A DNA stretch of 64,000 nucleotides, taken from contig CATNEN010000001.1 in the NCBI GenBank assembly GCA_950097015.1, positions 5,208,001 through 5,272,000 on the forward strand. The letters run 5' to 3'. Position numbers and translations under genes: made by a program. The DNA is from Macrostomum hystrix. Taxonomy: Eukaryota; Animalia; Platyhelminthes. Position 1 is the first letter of the stretch; each line of letters begins with the position of its first letter. The notes under the pieces are model-generated. The model was not told the origin of the DNA, did not search any database, and saw only the letters and a program-made list of their open reading frames with translations. Shown here piece after piece: positions 1 through 11,941 of this stretch.

Positions 1-746
1 CCAAATCCACCAATCCTTCAGGGCCACAGCTACCCCCAAATCCACCAATCCTTCAGGGCCACAGCTACCCCCAAATCCACCAATCCTTCAGGGCCACAGC
101 TACCCCAAATCCAAATCCACCAATCCTTCAGGGCCACAGCTACCACCAAATCCACCAATCCTTCAGGGCCACAGCTACCCCCAAATCCACCAATCCTTCA
201 GGGCCACAGCTACCCCCAAATCCACCAATCCTTCAGGGCCACAACTACCCCCAAATCCACCAATCCTTCAGGTCCACAGCTACCCCCAAATCCACCAATC
301 CTTCAGGGCCACAGCTACCCCAAATCCAAATCCACCAATCCTTCAGGGCCACAGCTACCACCAAATCCACCAATCCTTCAGGGCCACAGCTACCCCCAAA
401 TCCACCAATCCTTCAGGGCCACAGCTACCCCCAAATCCACCAATCCTTCAGGGCCACAGCTACCCCCAAATCCAAATCCACCAATCCTTCAGGGCCACAG
501 CTACCCCCAAATCCACCAATCCTTCAGGGCCACAGCTACCCCAAATCCAAATCCACCAATCCTTCAGGGCCACAGCTACCACCAAATCCACCAATCCTTC
601 AGGGCCACAGCTACCACCAAATCCACCAATCCTTCAGGGCCACAGCTACCACCAAATCCACCAATCCTTCAGGGCCACAGTTTCCCCCAAATCCACCAAT
701 CCTTCAGAGCCACAGCTACCCCAAATCCACCAATCCTTCAGGGCCA
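1..746. repeat. Minisatellite, ~35-bp unit (ccaaatccaccaatccttcagggccacagctaccc) with 39/40-bp variants
   Basis: About 20 near-identical tandem copies are visible, running off the left edge of the window. It lies downstream of, or in an intron after, the last recognisable guanylyl cyclase exon. Confidence 0.97.
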
Positions 747-763
747 TTAATCCTCCAAGTCAC

Positions 764-3700
764 CTTATTAGCCTCGGCGAGCTCAGCGAGAAACTCGGTC
801 GGATCTTCGATGCATTTTGGCCAGCATTTGAAGCTGGACACCAAGCCGTCCTTCTCAGTCAACCAATAGGTGCACTCGATTCTACCAGGCTGAAAAAAAG
901 TAAAATTTTTAACGAATTCAATACGAACTAAGGCGTAAAAATTATTTTGTTTTAATTCTTACCGCAATTTCAAATTTTCCACGCGGCTGCATTTTGAATT
1001 TGATGTCGTTGATGAGATAGTTGCGGCTTTGCTCGCTCATGTGCAATTTGCCAGCTGTGGAAAGTTTAAATTTTACGAGTATAAGCTTATAAGCAAACCG
1101 GCATTCTACGATAATTGTGCAACTGTCTGCTGTAAAATAGACTGCCCTGTCCTGGAGTTTTATTTGCAGTTTCTTGGAATCTCACAGTTTTCGAATGTTC
1201 GGAAATGTTTTTTAGAATATCGCCAGTTTCTTAGAATATTACAAGTTTCTTAGAATATACGCGCTCGTAGAAGGTTTCTGAGAATTTCGCCTGTTGTTTC
1301 TTAGAATCTTACATGTCGTTTCCTATAATCTGGCCTGTTTCTTAGAATCTCGCCTGTTGTTTCTTATAATCTCACCTGTTTCTTAGAGTTTCGCCTGTTT
1401 CTAAGAATCTCGCCTGTTTCTTAGAAACTCACCTGTTTCTTAGAAACTCAAGTGTTTCTTAGAATCTCGCCAGTTTCTTAGAAACTCAAATGTTTCTTAG
1501 AATCTCTAATGTTTCTTAGAATCTCTAATGTTTCTTAGAATCTCTAATGTTTCTTAGAATCTCTAATGTTTCTTAGAATCTCTAATGTTTCTTAGAATCT
1601 CTAATGTTTCTTAGAATCTCTAATGTTTCTTAGAATCTCTAATGTTTCTTAGAATCTCTAATGTTTCTTAGAATCTCTAATGTTTCTTAGAATCTCTAAT
1701 GTTTCTTAGAATCTCTAATGTTTCTTAGAATCTCTAATGTTTCTTAGAATCTCTAATGTTTCTTAGAATCTCTAATGTTTCTTAGAATCTCTAATGTTTC
1801 TTAGAATCTCTAATGTTTCTTAGAATCTCTAATGTTTCTTAGAATCTCTAATGTTTCTTAGAATCTCTAATGTTTCTTAGAATCTCTAATGTTTCTTAGA
1901 ATCTCTAATGTTTCTTAGAATCTCTAATGTTTCTTAGAATCTCTAATGTTTCTTAGAATCTCTAATGTTTCTTAGAATCTCTAATGTTTCTTAGAATCTC
2001 TAATGTTTCTTAGAATCTCTAATGTTTCTTAGAATCCAACCTGTCCCATGAATCTCTTAATTGATTGATATAATAATAGGCAGTTTTATATCCCAGAAAT
2101 ATCGGCGTAGGCACCTTCTCCAGTCTGTTCCATTCTGCTGGCCGTGTTCACAGTGGATCCGAACAAGCAATAGCGCGGCATTTTTATCCCAACAACGCCG
2201 GCAACGCAGGGTCCGCTGTGCATTCCAGCCCGCAGGGTCATGCGCTGGCCGGGTAGGTGAGGAATCTCCAGGTGGGTCACGTGATGAATCAGGTCCAATG
2301 CCATTGTGGCCAACTCTTGGGCGTGTCGCTGACCGTTTCGTTTTGGAACGCCTGAAATTTTTTTATTACTAGATTTTTTATCATTCAGGTCAGATTTCCT
2401 CAGGCTACTGAAGGTTTCCTCAGGCTACTGAAGGTTTCCTCAGGCTACTGAAGGCTTCCTCATGCTACTGAAGGTTTCCTCAGGCTACTGAAGGTTTCCT
2501 CATGCTACTGAGGGTTTCTTCAAGCTACTGAAGGATTCCTCAGGCCACTGAAGGTTTCCTCAGGCTACTGAAGGTTTCCTCAGGCTACTGAAGGTTTCCT
2601 CAGGCTACTGAAGGTTTCCTCAGGCTACTGAAGGCTTCCTCATGCTACTGAAGGTTTCCTCAGGCTACTGAAGGTTTCCTCATGCTACTGAGGGTTTCTT
2701 CAAGCTACTGAAGGATTCCTCAGGCCACTGAAGGTTTCCTCAGGCCACTGAAGGATTCCTCAGGCTACTGAAGGATTCCTCAGGCTACTGAAGGTTTCCT
2801 CAGGCTACTGAAGGATTCCTCAGGCTACTGAAGGATTCCTCAGGCTACTGAAGGTTTCCTCAGGCTACTGAAGGATTCCTCAGGCTACTGAAGGATTCCT
2901 CAGGCTACTGAAGGATTCCTCAGGCTACTGAAGGATTCCTCAGGCTACTGAAGGTTTAATCAGGCTACTGAGGTTTCTTCAGGCTACTGAAGGTTTCTAA
3001 AGGCTACTAAAGTTTTCTTCAGGCTACTGAAGGTTTCCTCAGGCTACTGAAGGTTTCCTCAGGCCTCTGAAGGATTCCTCAGGCTACTGAAGGTTTAGTT
3101 TATGCTACTGAAGGTTTCCTCAGGTCACTGAAGTTCAATGAAGACTTCCCTAATCGAAATCCACAGACTCACCAGATGAGACCATATAGGCATCGCCGAT
3201 GGTTTCAACTTTGTAGACGTCGTACAGCTCGATGCGACTATCGAAGCACATGTACAACCGATTGAGCATGTTAACAACCTGGATTAAATTGATGGAGCAT
3301 AGTTAATTATTGAAGAAGAAACTGATACACCTGTCACACATTTTAGTCATAGTATCAGAATGATTTTTTATCACCTGAACAGGTACACAAGCCGACGATA
3401 TCTTAGTGAATCCGACAATGTCAGAGAAGAATATGCTGCTTTCTTCGTAAGCTTCCGGTTCCACCATCTGACCCTTCTTGAGTTGATCAGCGATGCTTCT
3501 AGGCAGCAACTGGTACAAGATTGCTTCAGTTCTGTGCCTCTCCTGGCTTAATCTCTTGGTCTGATTGGACAGATTATAGGCGTAGTTTTGTACATCCTGT
3601 ATGATGCCGCGAATGCTGAATACACAGAATGGTGCAATAATTAGCGATAGGCAGAACAACCCGATGCCAATAGCAATCTGTTCGTTGTCGCGACTTAGAG

Positions 3701-6700
3701 ATCGTTCCAGATTCGTCAGAATTCGTTCGGCCTTTTAAAAATCGAAAGGTAGGACTTTGCGTGATATATGCTACTGTTAAATATGTATTATCGTGTTTTA
3801 ATACTAAATTCAGATTTTTTAGAAGAATAATTCCGTTACTTATTTATGTTAACTTCCGTTACTTTAATCATTTACTTTGTAACTAACTAAAGAAGTCGCA
3901 AAATTATAAAAAACTAACTTACACTACTTCTGTTCTATTCCACCAAAGTCCGTTAACTTTTATAAACTTCTGTTAACTATCAGAAGCTTCTATTAATTAA
4001 ATAAATAGTTAAAACACAGGATCCGGGTATTTATAGTTTTTACTTGTCGAGAAATTCAACGATTCGCGTCGGAATGTCTGGTGACAAAAAAGGTCACCAA
4101 TATCGGCATAATTAAAATTTTGAATCAGATGGTGGACTTTCACGGAGATCGGTCATTCGGTTTGGGAACTATCGTGAAGTGGTCCCTAGGTATTTAAAAT
4201 CCACTCACCAATCTCAGCTGCACCTGGAACATGATATCGATGAAGATTGTCATATTGTCAAACCACCAGGTTGACATCTCCAACGACACTGTGCTGGCAT
4301 TGTTCGTAACGATTTCTTCTCTCATCCGATCGATGGAGACGCTGAAATTGTTGCCAACTTTCTCCTGTTCCTGTTCGAACACGGCTCCCACCAGTTCTGA
4401 GAATCTTTTAGAGGCTGCGAAATTTCCGACACCGACTGTGTGCTTCTCCTGATACCACAGGTAGTCTGTGAAGGTGTCAAATTGGCCCTGGGCAAAAAAT
4501 ACACCGCCAAGAGTGCGCTCGACTCCCATATCCTCTTTGGAGATGATCAACAATTGGTACGCTACCATCTCGCGCCATTGGTCGCCATCTTTAGACTCTT
4601 GAATGTAATTGTAGACAATGTCTATGAAGCTGCGAATCATTTTAGTGTAGAATAAAATTTCCTGCGGGATAATTTGGCAAAAACATTTAAGTTAGTTAGG
4701 TGTTAGTGCCTATTTATTGATGTATTGATCGGACTATCAGAATGGCTAATGATTGATATATTGATCGGACTATCAGAATGGCTAATGATTGATATATTGA
4801 TCGGACTATCAGAATGGCTAATGATTGATATATTAATCGGACTATAAGAATGGCTATTGATTGATGCATTGATCGGACTATCAGAATGGCTAATGATTGA
4901 TGCATTGATCGGACTGTCAGAATGGCTAATGATTGATATATTGATCGGACTATAAGAATGGCTAATGATTGATATATTGATCGGACTATAAGAATGGCTA
5001 ATGATTGATATATTGATCGGACTATCAGAATGGCTAATGATTGATATATTGATCGGACTATCAGAATGGCTAATGATTGATATATTGATCGGACTATCAG
5101 AATGGCTAATGATTGATATATTGATCTGACTATAAGAATGGCTAATGATTGATATATTAATCGGACTATAAGAATGGCTAATGATTGATATATTGGTCGG
5201 ACTATCAGAATGGCTAATGATTGATGCATTGATCGGACTATCAGAATGGCTAATGATTGATATATTGATCGGACTATCAGAATGGCTAATGATTGATATA
5301 TTGGTCGGACTATCAGAATGGCTAATGATTGATGCATTGATCGGACTATCAGAATGGCTAATGATTGATATATTGGTCGGACTATCAGAATGGCTAATGA
5401 TTGATATATTGATCTGACTATAAGAATGGCTAATGATTGATATATTAATCGGACTATAAGAATGGCTAATGATTGATATATTGGTCGGACTATCAGAATG
5501 GCTAATGATTGATGCATTGATCGGACTATCAGAATGGCTAATGATTGATATATTGGTCGGACTATCAGAATGGCTAATGATTGATGCATTGATCGGACTA
5601 TCAGAATGGCTAATGATTGATGCATTGATCGGACTATCAGAATGGCTAATGATTGATATATTGGTCGGACTATCAGAATGGCTAATGATTGATGCATTGA
5701 TCGGACTATGAGAATGGCTAATGATTGATATATTGGTCGGACTATCAGAATGGCTAATGATTGATGCATTGATCGGACTATCAGAATGGCTAATGATTGA
5801 TGCATTGATCGGACTATCAGAATGGCTAATGATTGATGCATTGATCGGACTATCAGAATGGCTAATGATTGATAGATTGATTGGACTTTAAGAATTGGGT
5901 AGTGCTTTATTAATCGACCCGACTATCAAAATAGATAATGAGAGATAATTTGATCGGAATATCAAAATGTTAGTCTTGTTAGGTTTGTTATTGGTTTGCG
6001 GTATTGACAATGAGGCTCTAAAAAGGGCCGTTTTGGGGTAATGCACGTATTGATTGAATGTTAAAAAATACTGCCCAACTCACATCATACGGCTTAGTCT
6101 TGACAGAATTCAACTCCAGCCGGTGCTTCTTTAGAAACTTCTGAAAGTCTTTCACCGTAGCGAATTGGCTGAGCGTGCCGCCCTCTGTTGATTTCTCAGG
6201 CCACATCGACAACTTCTCCAAGGCAGTGTCGGTGGCGGGGTATCTTTCTCTAAGGAACAGGCGGGTTTCGGCACCCTGGCTAGTGAGATGCAGGGCGGTC
6301 ATGTCTCTCTCGCGCTGTAGAAAATGAATCACCGTTCCAGTTTCCATGCTGAATCGGATCATGTCGCGAATCTTAGTTCTCATCGAGTTGGACTGTTGCA
6401 CTTTTACCATGCTTAGCACAGTGATGATGGTCAGCGCCAAGATTGGAATCAATGTCATGCCCATTAGCTTCACCATCTGCTTCCGTTTGCCTTGAGAATT
6501 AATTGGTTCGAGTTTTCGGGCAATGGTACATCATTTAGTGATGCTAGATACGCGGCCAGCGAGGACGCTGACTCCTGAGCACACACGCACACAGATACCG
6601 TTCGCAGGCACACACACACAGGGGTGTCAACATCTGCCCTGACTTTCTCATCGTCAGGCAGTGTACACTCTCACTGCGCCTTGGACGTTGGCCTTCAAGG

Positions 6701-7217
6701 GCGTAAATTGCACGACAAGCCCCCAAGCCTTCTCTCCGCGGCTGCGCCCCAAATGAATGTGGCCTCGGAGACACGACTTGAAGGTCGGGGGTTCGACTCC
6801 CGACTCCACTGGAACAATTTTTGTCCTTTAGCTAGACACTTCAACTCTGCATATTAAATAGGTACCAGCATTTTAGCTGTGCTTATTGAGGGTGGGTGTG
6901 GCGTCCCCCAAGTCCGTGGACTGAACAGCTGTGTACGCAGCGTTTGAGAAGAGCTCACCAGTCTCACTCAGCGGGTTGCCTTTGCACCATTGCAGAAGTC
7001 GCAAGCCTCGACTGCCCTGTCTGGCCATGAGGCCGCGAATTTTCATATCGATTTCCGTTGTGCCAGCCTTCGTAGAGGCCATATGAAATGTCGTAGAGCT
7101 GGTGGCATCTTCCGACATTCGCGAAATTGCCCCGCTGATACCGCCGCCTGTCATCATTGGTGGCAGAGGTGTTGTATCACCAGGCGCCACTGGTACCTGA
7201 AGGCTATTTCTCTGCAT
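764..7217 (-). CDS. NIT-domain-containing receptor guanylyl cyclase (TM-NIT-TM-coiled coil-class III cyclase); 3' end possibly outside window
   Basis: Phase-consistent GT-AG exons: 7217-6959, 6490-6084, 4661-4209, 3731-3375, 3278-3173, 2351-2115, 1054-963, 889-764 (679 codons). Cyclase motifs are [19 protein letters not shown] and [33 protein letters not shown], with the E and C residues that specify GTP. NIT-like motifs [26 protein letters not shown] and [11 protein letters not shown] lie between two hydrophobic helices. Without a splice at 764 the frame stops at 716. Confidence 0.88.
1200..2036. repeat. Intronic minisatellite, 19-bp unit (tttcttagaatctctaatg)
   Basis: Degenerate copies at 1200-1490 grade into a perfect array at ~1490-2036, inside guanylyl cyclase intron 1055-2114. 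Confidence 0.97.
2393..3135. repeat. Intronic minisatellite, 20-bp unit (caggctactgaaggtttcct)
   Basis: About 36 tandem copies fill intron 2352-3172. Confidence 0.97.
4715..5900. repeat. Intronic minisatellite, 36-bp unit (gattgatatattgatcggactatcagaatggctaat)
   Basis: About 32 tandem copies in intron 4662-6083. This array produces the spurious repetitive ORFs 4714-5841, 5181-5417 and 5469-5711. Confidence 0.97.
6546..6768 (-). mobile_element. SINE family A, partial copy
   Basis: Shares the core cctgacgatgagaaagtcagggcagatg and ttgggggcttgtcgtgcaatttacgccctt with the full copies at 10088 and 37712. The tRNA head is missing. Confidence 0.85.
6769..6932 (+). mobile_element. SINE family B (CORE-like), partial copy
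   Basis: B-box ggttcgactcc followed by ttgtcctttagctagacacttcaactctg. Homologous to 17520-17812 (-). Confidence 0.75.
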
Positions 7218-7736
7218 ACTCGAAGTCTCTTGTGTAGTTTCGCTTCGAAAAACTTTTTTCGCCTTATTTATATAAGAAATCAAATTGGCGCCCAATTAAT
7301 CAGTTCGCTTTAACAAATAACACAAAGACTCAGTCACTTCTCCCTGCCTACAGTTCGCTATTAGTGCTCTAATTGGTTACTAAGATAACGCCATCTAGAT
7401 AATTACCAAATAATGAAGATTTCTATTGAAGTCTGCACGTGCAAAAAAACTTGTCTTTTGTGACGATTAAACAAGACAACAAAAAAAGAAATTTCCACAC
7501 CTTATAATAGAGGGGTCAAATATAAAGTAATTTGCGTAATGAGGCTAGTTGACTCATAAATTGGAATTATCGATGTGCTTTTGATCAAAAAATTTCAGAA
7601 GAATGTGCCCTGAATGTAGCTCGTATTAATTAACGAGAATTTGAAAATGCGAGTAAAAAGAAAGATAAAAGGAAAGATGATAATTGTTTTTTTGTCTTTT
7701 TGTCATGCTTTAAAGCTCTTTAAGTCAAATCTGTCT

Positions 7737-8490
7737 GTCTATTAACTCTACGTTTTTGTCTACTCTTCTTTTCTGTCTAATCTACCATTTTATCTTCTCT
7801 ACCTTTCTGTCTACTCTACCTTTCTGCCTACTCTACCTTTCTGTCTACTCTTCTGTTCTGTCTAATCTACCATTCTATCTTCTCTACCTTTCTGTCTACT
7901 CTACCTTTCTGTCTACTCTTCTTTTCTGTGTACTCTATCTTTCTGTCCACTCTACCTTTCTGTCTACTCTTCTGTTCTGTCTAATCTACCATTCCATCTT
8001 CTCTACCTTTCTGTCTACTCTACCTTTTTGTCTACTCCACCTTTCTGTATACTCTATCTTTCTGTCTTCTCTACCTTTCTGTCTACTCTACCTTTCTGCC
8101 TACTCTACCTTTCTGTCTACTCTACCTTTCTGTATACTCTATCTTTCTGTCTACTCTACCTTTCTGCCTACTCTACCTTTCTGTCTACTCTACCTTTCTG
8201 TCTACTCTATCTTTCTGTCCACTCTACCTATCTGTCTACTCTTCTGTTCTGTCTAATCTACCATTCCATCTTCTCTACCTTTCTGTCTACTCTACCTTTC
8301 TGTCTACTCCACCTTTCTGTCTTCTCTACCTTTCTTTCTACTCTACCTTTCTGTCTGCTCTTCTTTTCTGTGTACTCTATCTTTCTGTCCACTCTACCTT
8401 TCTGTCTACTCTAATTTTCTATCTACTCTACTGTTCTGTCTAATCTACCATTCTATATTCTACTTTTATGTCTCCTCTTGCATCATATTC
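7737..8490. repeat. Degenerate CT-rich ~17-bp tandem repeat (tctactctacctttctg)
   Basis: Tandem copies are visible and explain the low-complexity ORFs 7756-8256 and 8028-8414. Confidence 0.93.
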
Positions 8491-9097
8491 TATCTATTCT
8501 ATTCTACTCAACCTTTAAATCTAAAACAAAAACGAGACATGCCTTCTGTTACTAACTAGTAATTACTATTAGTAGTAAAAATATTTATAGATAAATAACA
8601 CCAATTTAACATTCTTATTTCATCCGCGAATAAGTATTGCTATTATTAAATAAATATTAGATTTTCTTTTTCTAGATCGCCGATTATGCATTCATGAATG
8701 ACAAATTCAAAAGCAGATTACATTTTCTGTGTATTCCCTCAAGTGCTCTACAATGTGTGCCTCAGCTAAACAATATTTTCACACTCTGAAAGCTTAATAA
8801 GAGAATTTTCTGTTGCATTTTTCATCTAGATGCGACGAGAGGAAGCGATGACGTAACCACTTTATAAATCAACACTGATAAAATTCAGTACCAATCAATC
8901 AACGGTTAATGATAGATTTGCAGAGTGGACGAATGTCGGCTGATCTCTCCCTAGCATGACGACGATGTTATGTAATACAACATAAAACGATACAGACAAG
9001 AAAATTAAATAACAATATCACAAATTACCCTTGGTATAATAATAATTTGTAACCACTGTGAGACTAATAAGCTCGAAATGGAAAAATATAATAGTAG

Positions 9098-9580
9098 AAT
9101 GAGAAGGGGAGATTGGGAAGGGGAGATTGGGAAGGGGAGATTAGGAGGGGGAGATTTGGAAGGCGAGATTTGGAAGGAAAGATTAGGAAGGGGAGATTGG
9201 GAAGGAGAGATTGGGAATGAGAGATTGGGAAGGGGGAATGGAAAAGGAAGAAGGTAAAGGGGAGAATTTGAAGGGGATCTGAAATATGGAAATATGGGAA
9301 GGGGAGATTAGGAAGGAAGATTGGGAAGGGGAGATCGGGAAGGGGTGAATGGAAGTGGAAGAATGGAAAGGGGAAAATGTGAAGGGGAGAATTTGAAGGG
9401 GAGAGTGCAAAGTGGAGAATGGGTAAGCGAGAATGGGAATAGAGAATAGGAAGGGAAGAAAATTGGAAGTAAATAACAGAAAATGGGGTAACGGAAAGGA
9501 ATGGAAGAATCAGAAGGGAAGAATTTTAATGGAGAATGGGAAGGGAGAATTGTAATCGTACAAGTGGAAGGGGAGAATGT
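9098..9580. repeat. Purine-rich degenerate repeat (gggaaggggagatt)
   Basis: GA-rich low-complexity array with a ~14-bp period. Confidence 0.85.
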
Positions 9581-10087
9581 CAGGGGCCAAAAGTCATCGA
9601 AAAGGGCATTTCCTGGATTGTTCATCGTTCTTACCTGAGAAGTACGTTTCCAAGAAAGCAGTGCAGGCAGCTTTAGCAGCTTCATCTCCACGTAGTTGCA
9701 GAAACCATTAGTCTGCTAATGGACATCTACATAATCTACCCGTATAGAAAATTTCTTTAAAAAAGTTATTTTCCCGTTCCAATACATCAGTATAGTTTGT
9801 ATTCCGAAATCAGAAATTTTCAGTGTAATGGTTTAATTATCCCCTTTTGAATGGAAAAAGAGTATACTTTTTTTAACAAAGCCTAGGCTTAAAAGCTTTA
9901 AAAATGTACTTCGTTGGGATGTCTCATATATTTACTATATTATATTTCATACTATAGATTTGTTACAGATGAGAATGGGTCATTTTAGATTAAGAGATCA
10001 TTGCAGATTTGATAGGAAAACAGTCACGATATCGCTTGTATTGTACATAAAAAGGTGAAACCCTCACAGGTTTATAAGCTGCTTCAA

Positions 10088-10470
10088 CGGGGGTCGGTGG
10101 CTGAGCGGTTAATGCGATTTGTCTCTCTCGCACCGAGGTACCTGAGCTCGATTCCACGGTGAGAGCCACATTCATTTGGGGTGCAGCCGAGGAGAGAAGG
10201 CTTGGGGGCTTGTCGTGCAATTTACGCCCTTGAGGGCTAACCTCCAAGGCACTGTGAGAGCGTACACTGTCTGACGATGAGACAGTCAGGGCAGATGTAC
10301 ACACCTGTGTGTGAGCGAGTGTCTGTGTACAGTATATGTGTGCGTGTGTGCTCAGGAGTCAGCGAAACGGGCAGAATTGCCTCCTCGCTGGCTGCGGGTC
10401 TGGTGTCACTTAATGATGTGCCATCGCCCGCAGCCCTCCAGCAATTATTATTATTGTTATTATTATTGAT
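10088..10470 (+). mobile_element. SINE family A, full-length tRNA-derived SINE
   Basis: 5' tRNA-like head with A-box tggctgagcgg and B-box-like gctcgattcc, a conserved core, a 3' hairpin ggctgcgggt...gcccgcagcc and an (ATT)n tail. At least eight related copies occur in the window. Confidence 0.9.
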
Positions 10471-10515
10471 ATTAAGCCGATTCAAAATGTCACAAGTTTA
10501 CTCATGCTTTAGTCA

Positions 10516-10640
10516 TCAATCAGTGCTCAGCATTCCAACTGTCGCAGCAGTCTCCGATGCCATCAGATCGACTGCGCAGTCGTACAGCGACGCCTTTTCG
10601 CACGGTCCTTCGTCGATGTTGATGCCAGGATTCTGTATCA

Positions 10641-10671
<31 letters not shown>

Positions 10672-11941
10672 ATATTGAGTGTGAGAGCCGAAACGTGTCG
10701 GACACCTGCGGATAACATTTTAAAAAGGAAAAAAGTTTATCTCAGTGTATGCAGGGTTTAGCCTTAATGGTGTAAATTGCACGACAAGCCCCTAAGCCTT
10801 CTCTTCGCGGCTGCGCCCCAAATGAACCGCTGCGCTAGTCGTTATGCCGCTCTGCCGTTCATAATTGACCATGAACAATTTGTAGACATTTAAATATTGA
10901 ATAATCTTAAGAGATTCACGTTCGACACCTTGCAGTAGACTGTTGCTGCTGCTGCTGCTGTCTCAGAAGCCCAGCTGCCTGGCTTTGAGAGGCCATCGCT
11001 GCGGTAGCTGCCGCTGCTGCTGCAGCCAATCTGGCTCCGACAATGTCGCGCGAGCGAACAGAAGTCAGCGTGCTGATCTTTGAAATACTGGACGACGCTG
11101 TCAGATCGCCAGAGGAGCAGCCATGTGGCTCGTCGGTCTTCTTGATGCTGACTGTCCCAGCGATATCGTCACCATTTGTTGAACCTTCCGACGCTAGAGA
11201 AGTCGCGCCAGCCGTCTGCTGACGCATTGACGCGCCTGCCGCATGCGGTTGGCCAGATGACGGCGTATGTGCGTGTCGAACTCGTGCTCGGTAGGCCGAA
11301 CGTTGGCCTGCGATGACCGCTAGCAGTCCAGCAATGAGCAGCAAACAGATGATGAGCGCCGCCAACAGGGCTGGAAGCGCAGCGCTTGATCCAGACGAAC
11401 GACCCGGATGTTTCTCCGCTCGCCAGGATGGCGACTCTGGCAGCGGACCCGTGGATGGCATCGCCGACGCTAGAGTTGTCGCCGTATTAGGCGGTGTTGT
11501 AGGCGGCGGCTCAGCGCACAGAGCTCCAGCCTGATAGTGCGAACAGTCGGCGAATCCGATGTCATCTGGCGCCGTCAAGGTGAGACATTCGCTGCGCGAT
11601 AGCGGCGACGCTTCAGCAACGGTGGCTGTGACTGCAGCTGGGCCGCTGGCGAACTCCCAGTCGCAGCTGCAACGTCGTCTATTGCGTCGTCCGTCAATCC
11701 ACAGTCGTTTGCTGACGCCATCGCGGGCCAGCATCGACCGAGCGTCGGCGAGGCCCTCCGCGGTGGCCGCAGCTGGCGCCAGAATCAGTGATTGGCGAGC
11801 GCAGCGCTCGGCAGCTTCCGACCAGGTCATTGTGCCGGGTAGTACGCGAAATCGTCGATAAATTTGCTCGCCACTTGCTCGGTGGACGCATATGCCTAGA
11901 AGTAGGCCGACTAGCAAGCCACCGGCTTTGCAGCTAGTCAT
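10516..11941 (-). CDS. C-type lectin-like domain type I transmembrane protein
   Basis: Signal peptide; CTLD-like pattern (TMTWSEAAERC...LWIDG...ECLTL...ADCS...ALC); Pro/Thr stalk; TM ALPALLAALIICLLLIAGLLAVIA; Ala/Gln-rich tail. A probable second exon 10705-10516 joins in phase 2 (donor at 10919 or 10928, acceptor CGCAG at 10706). Confidence 0.75.
10748..10826 (-). mobile_element. SINE family A fragment in lectin-gene intron
   Basis: taaattgcacgacaagcccctaagccttctcttcgcggctgcgccccaaatgaa matches the reverse complement of the family A body. Confidence 0.75.

Noticed and set aside
4714-5841. 375-aa ORF of 12-aa repeats ([12 protein letters not shown])
   Set aside because: It is a translation of the 36-bp intronic minisatellite. 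The flanking cyclase exons join in phase without it.
1-5900. CRISPR-like appearance of 35-36-bp repeats
   Set aside because: The units are head-to-tail with no unique spacers, there are no cas genes, and the context is eukaryotic introns.
7756-9691. Hydrophobic or Pro/Ser-rich ORFs
   Set aside because: They derive from CT- and GA-rich simple repeats.
10268-10300. Hammerhead ribozyme core (CTGACGA...GAAA) in SINE A
   Set aside because: There is no stem II between CTGACGA and GAAA and no stem III/NUH. The bases form a simple hairpin instead.
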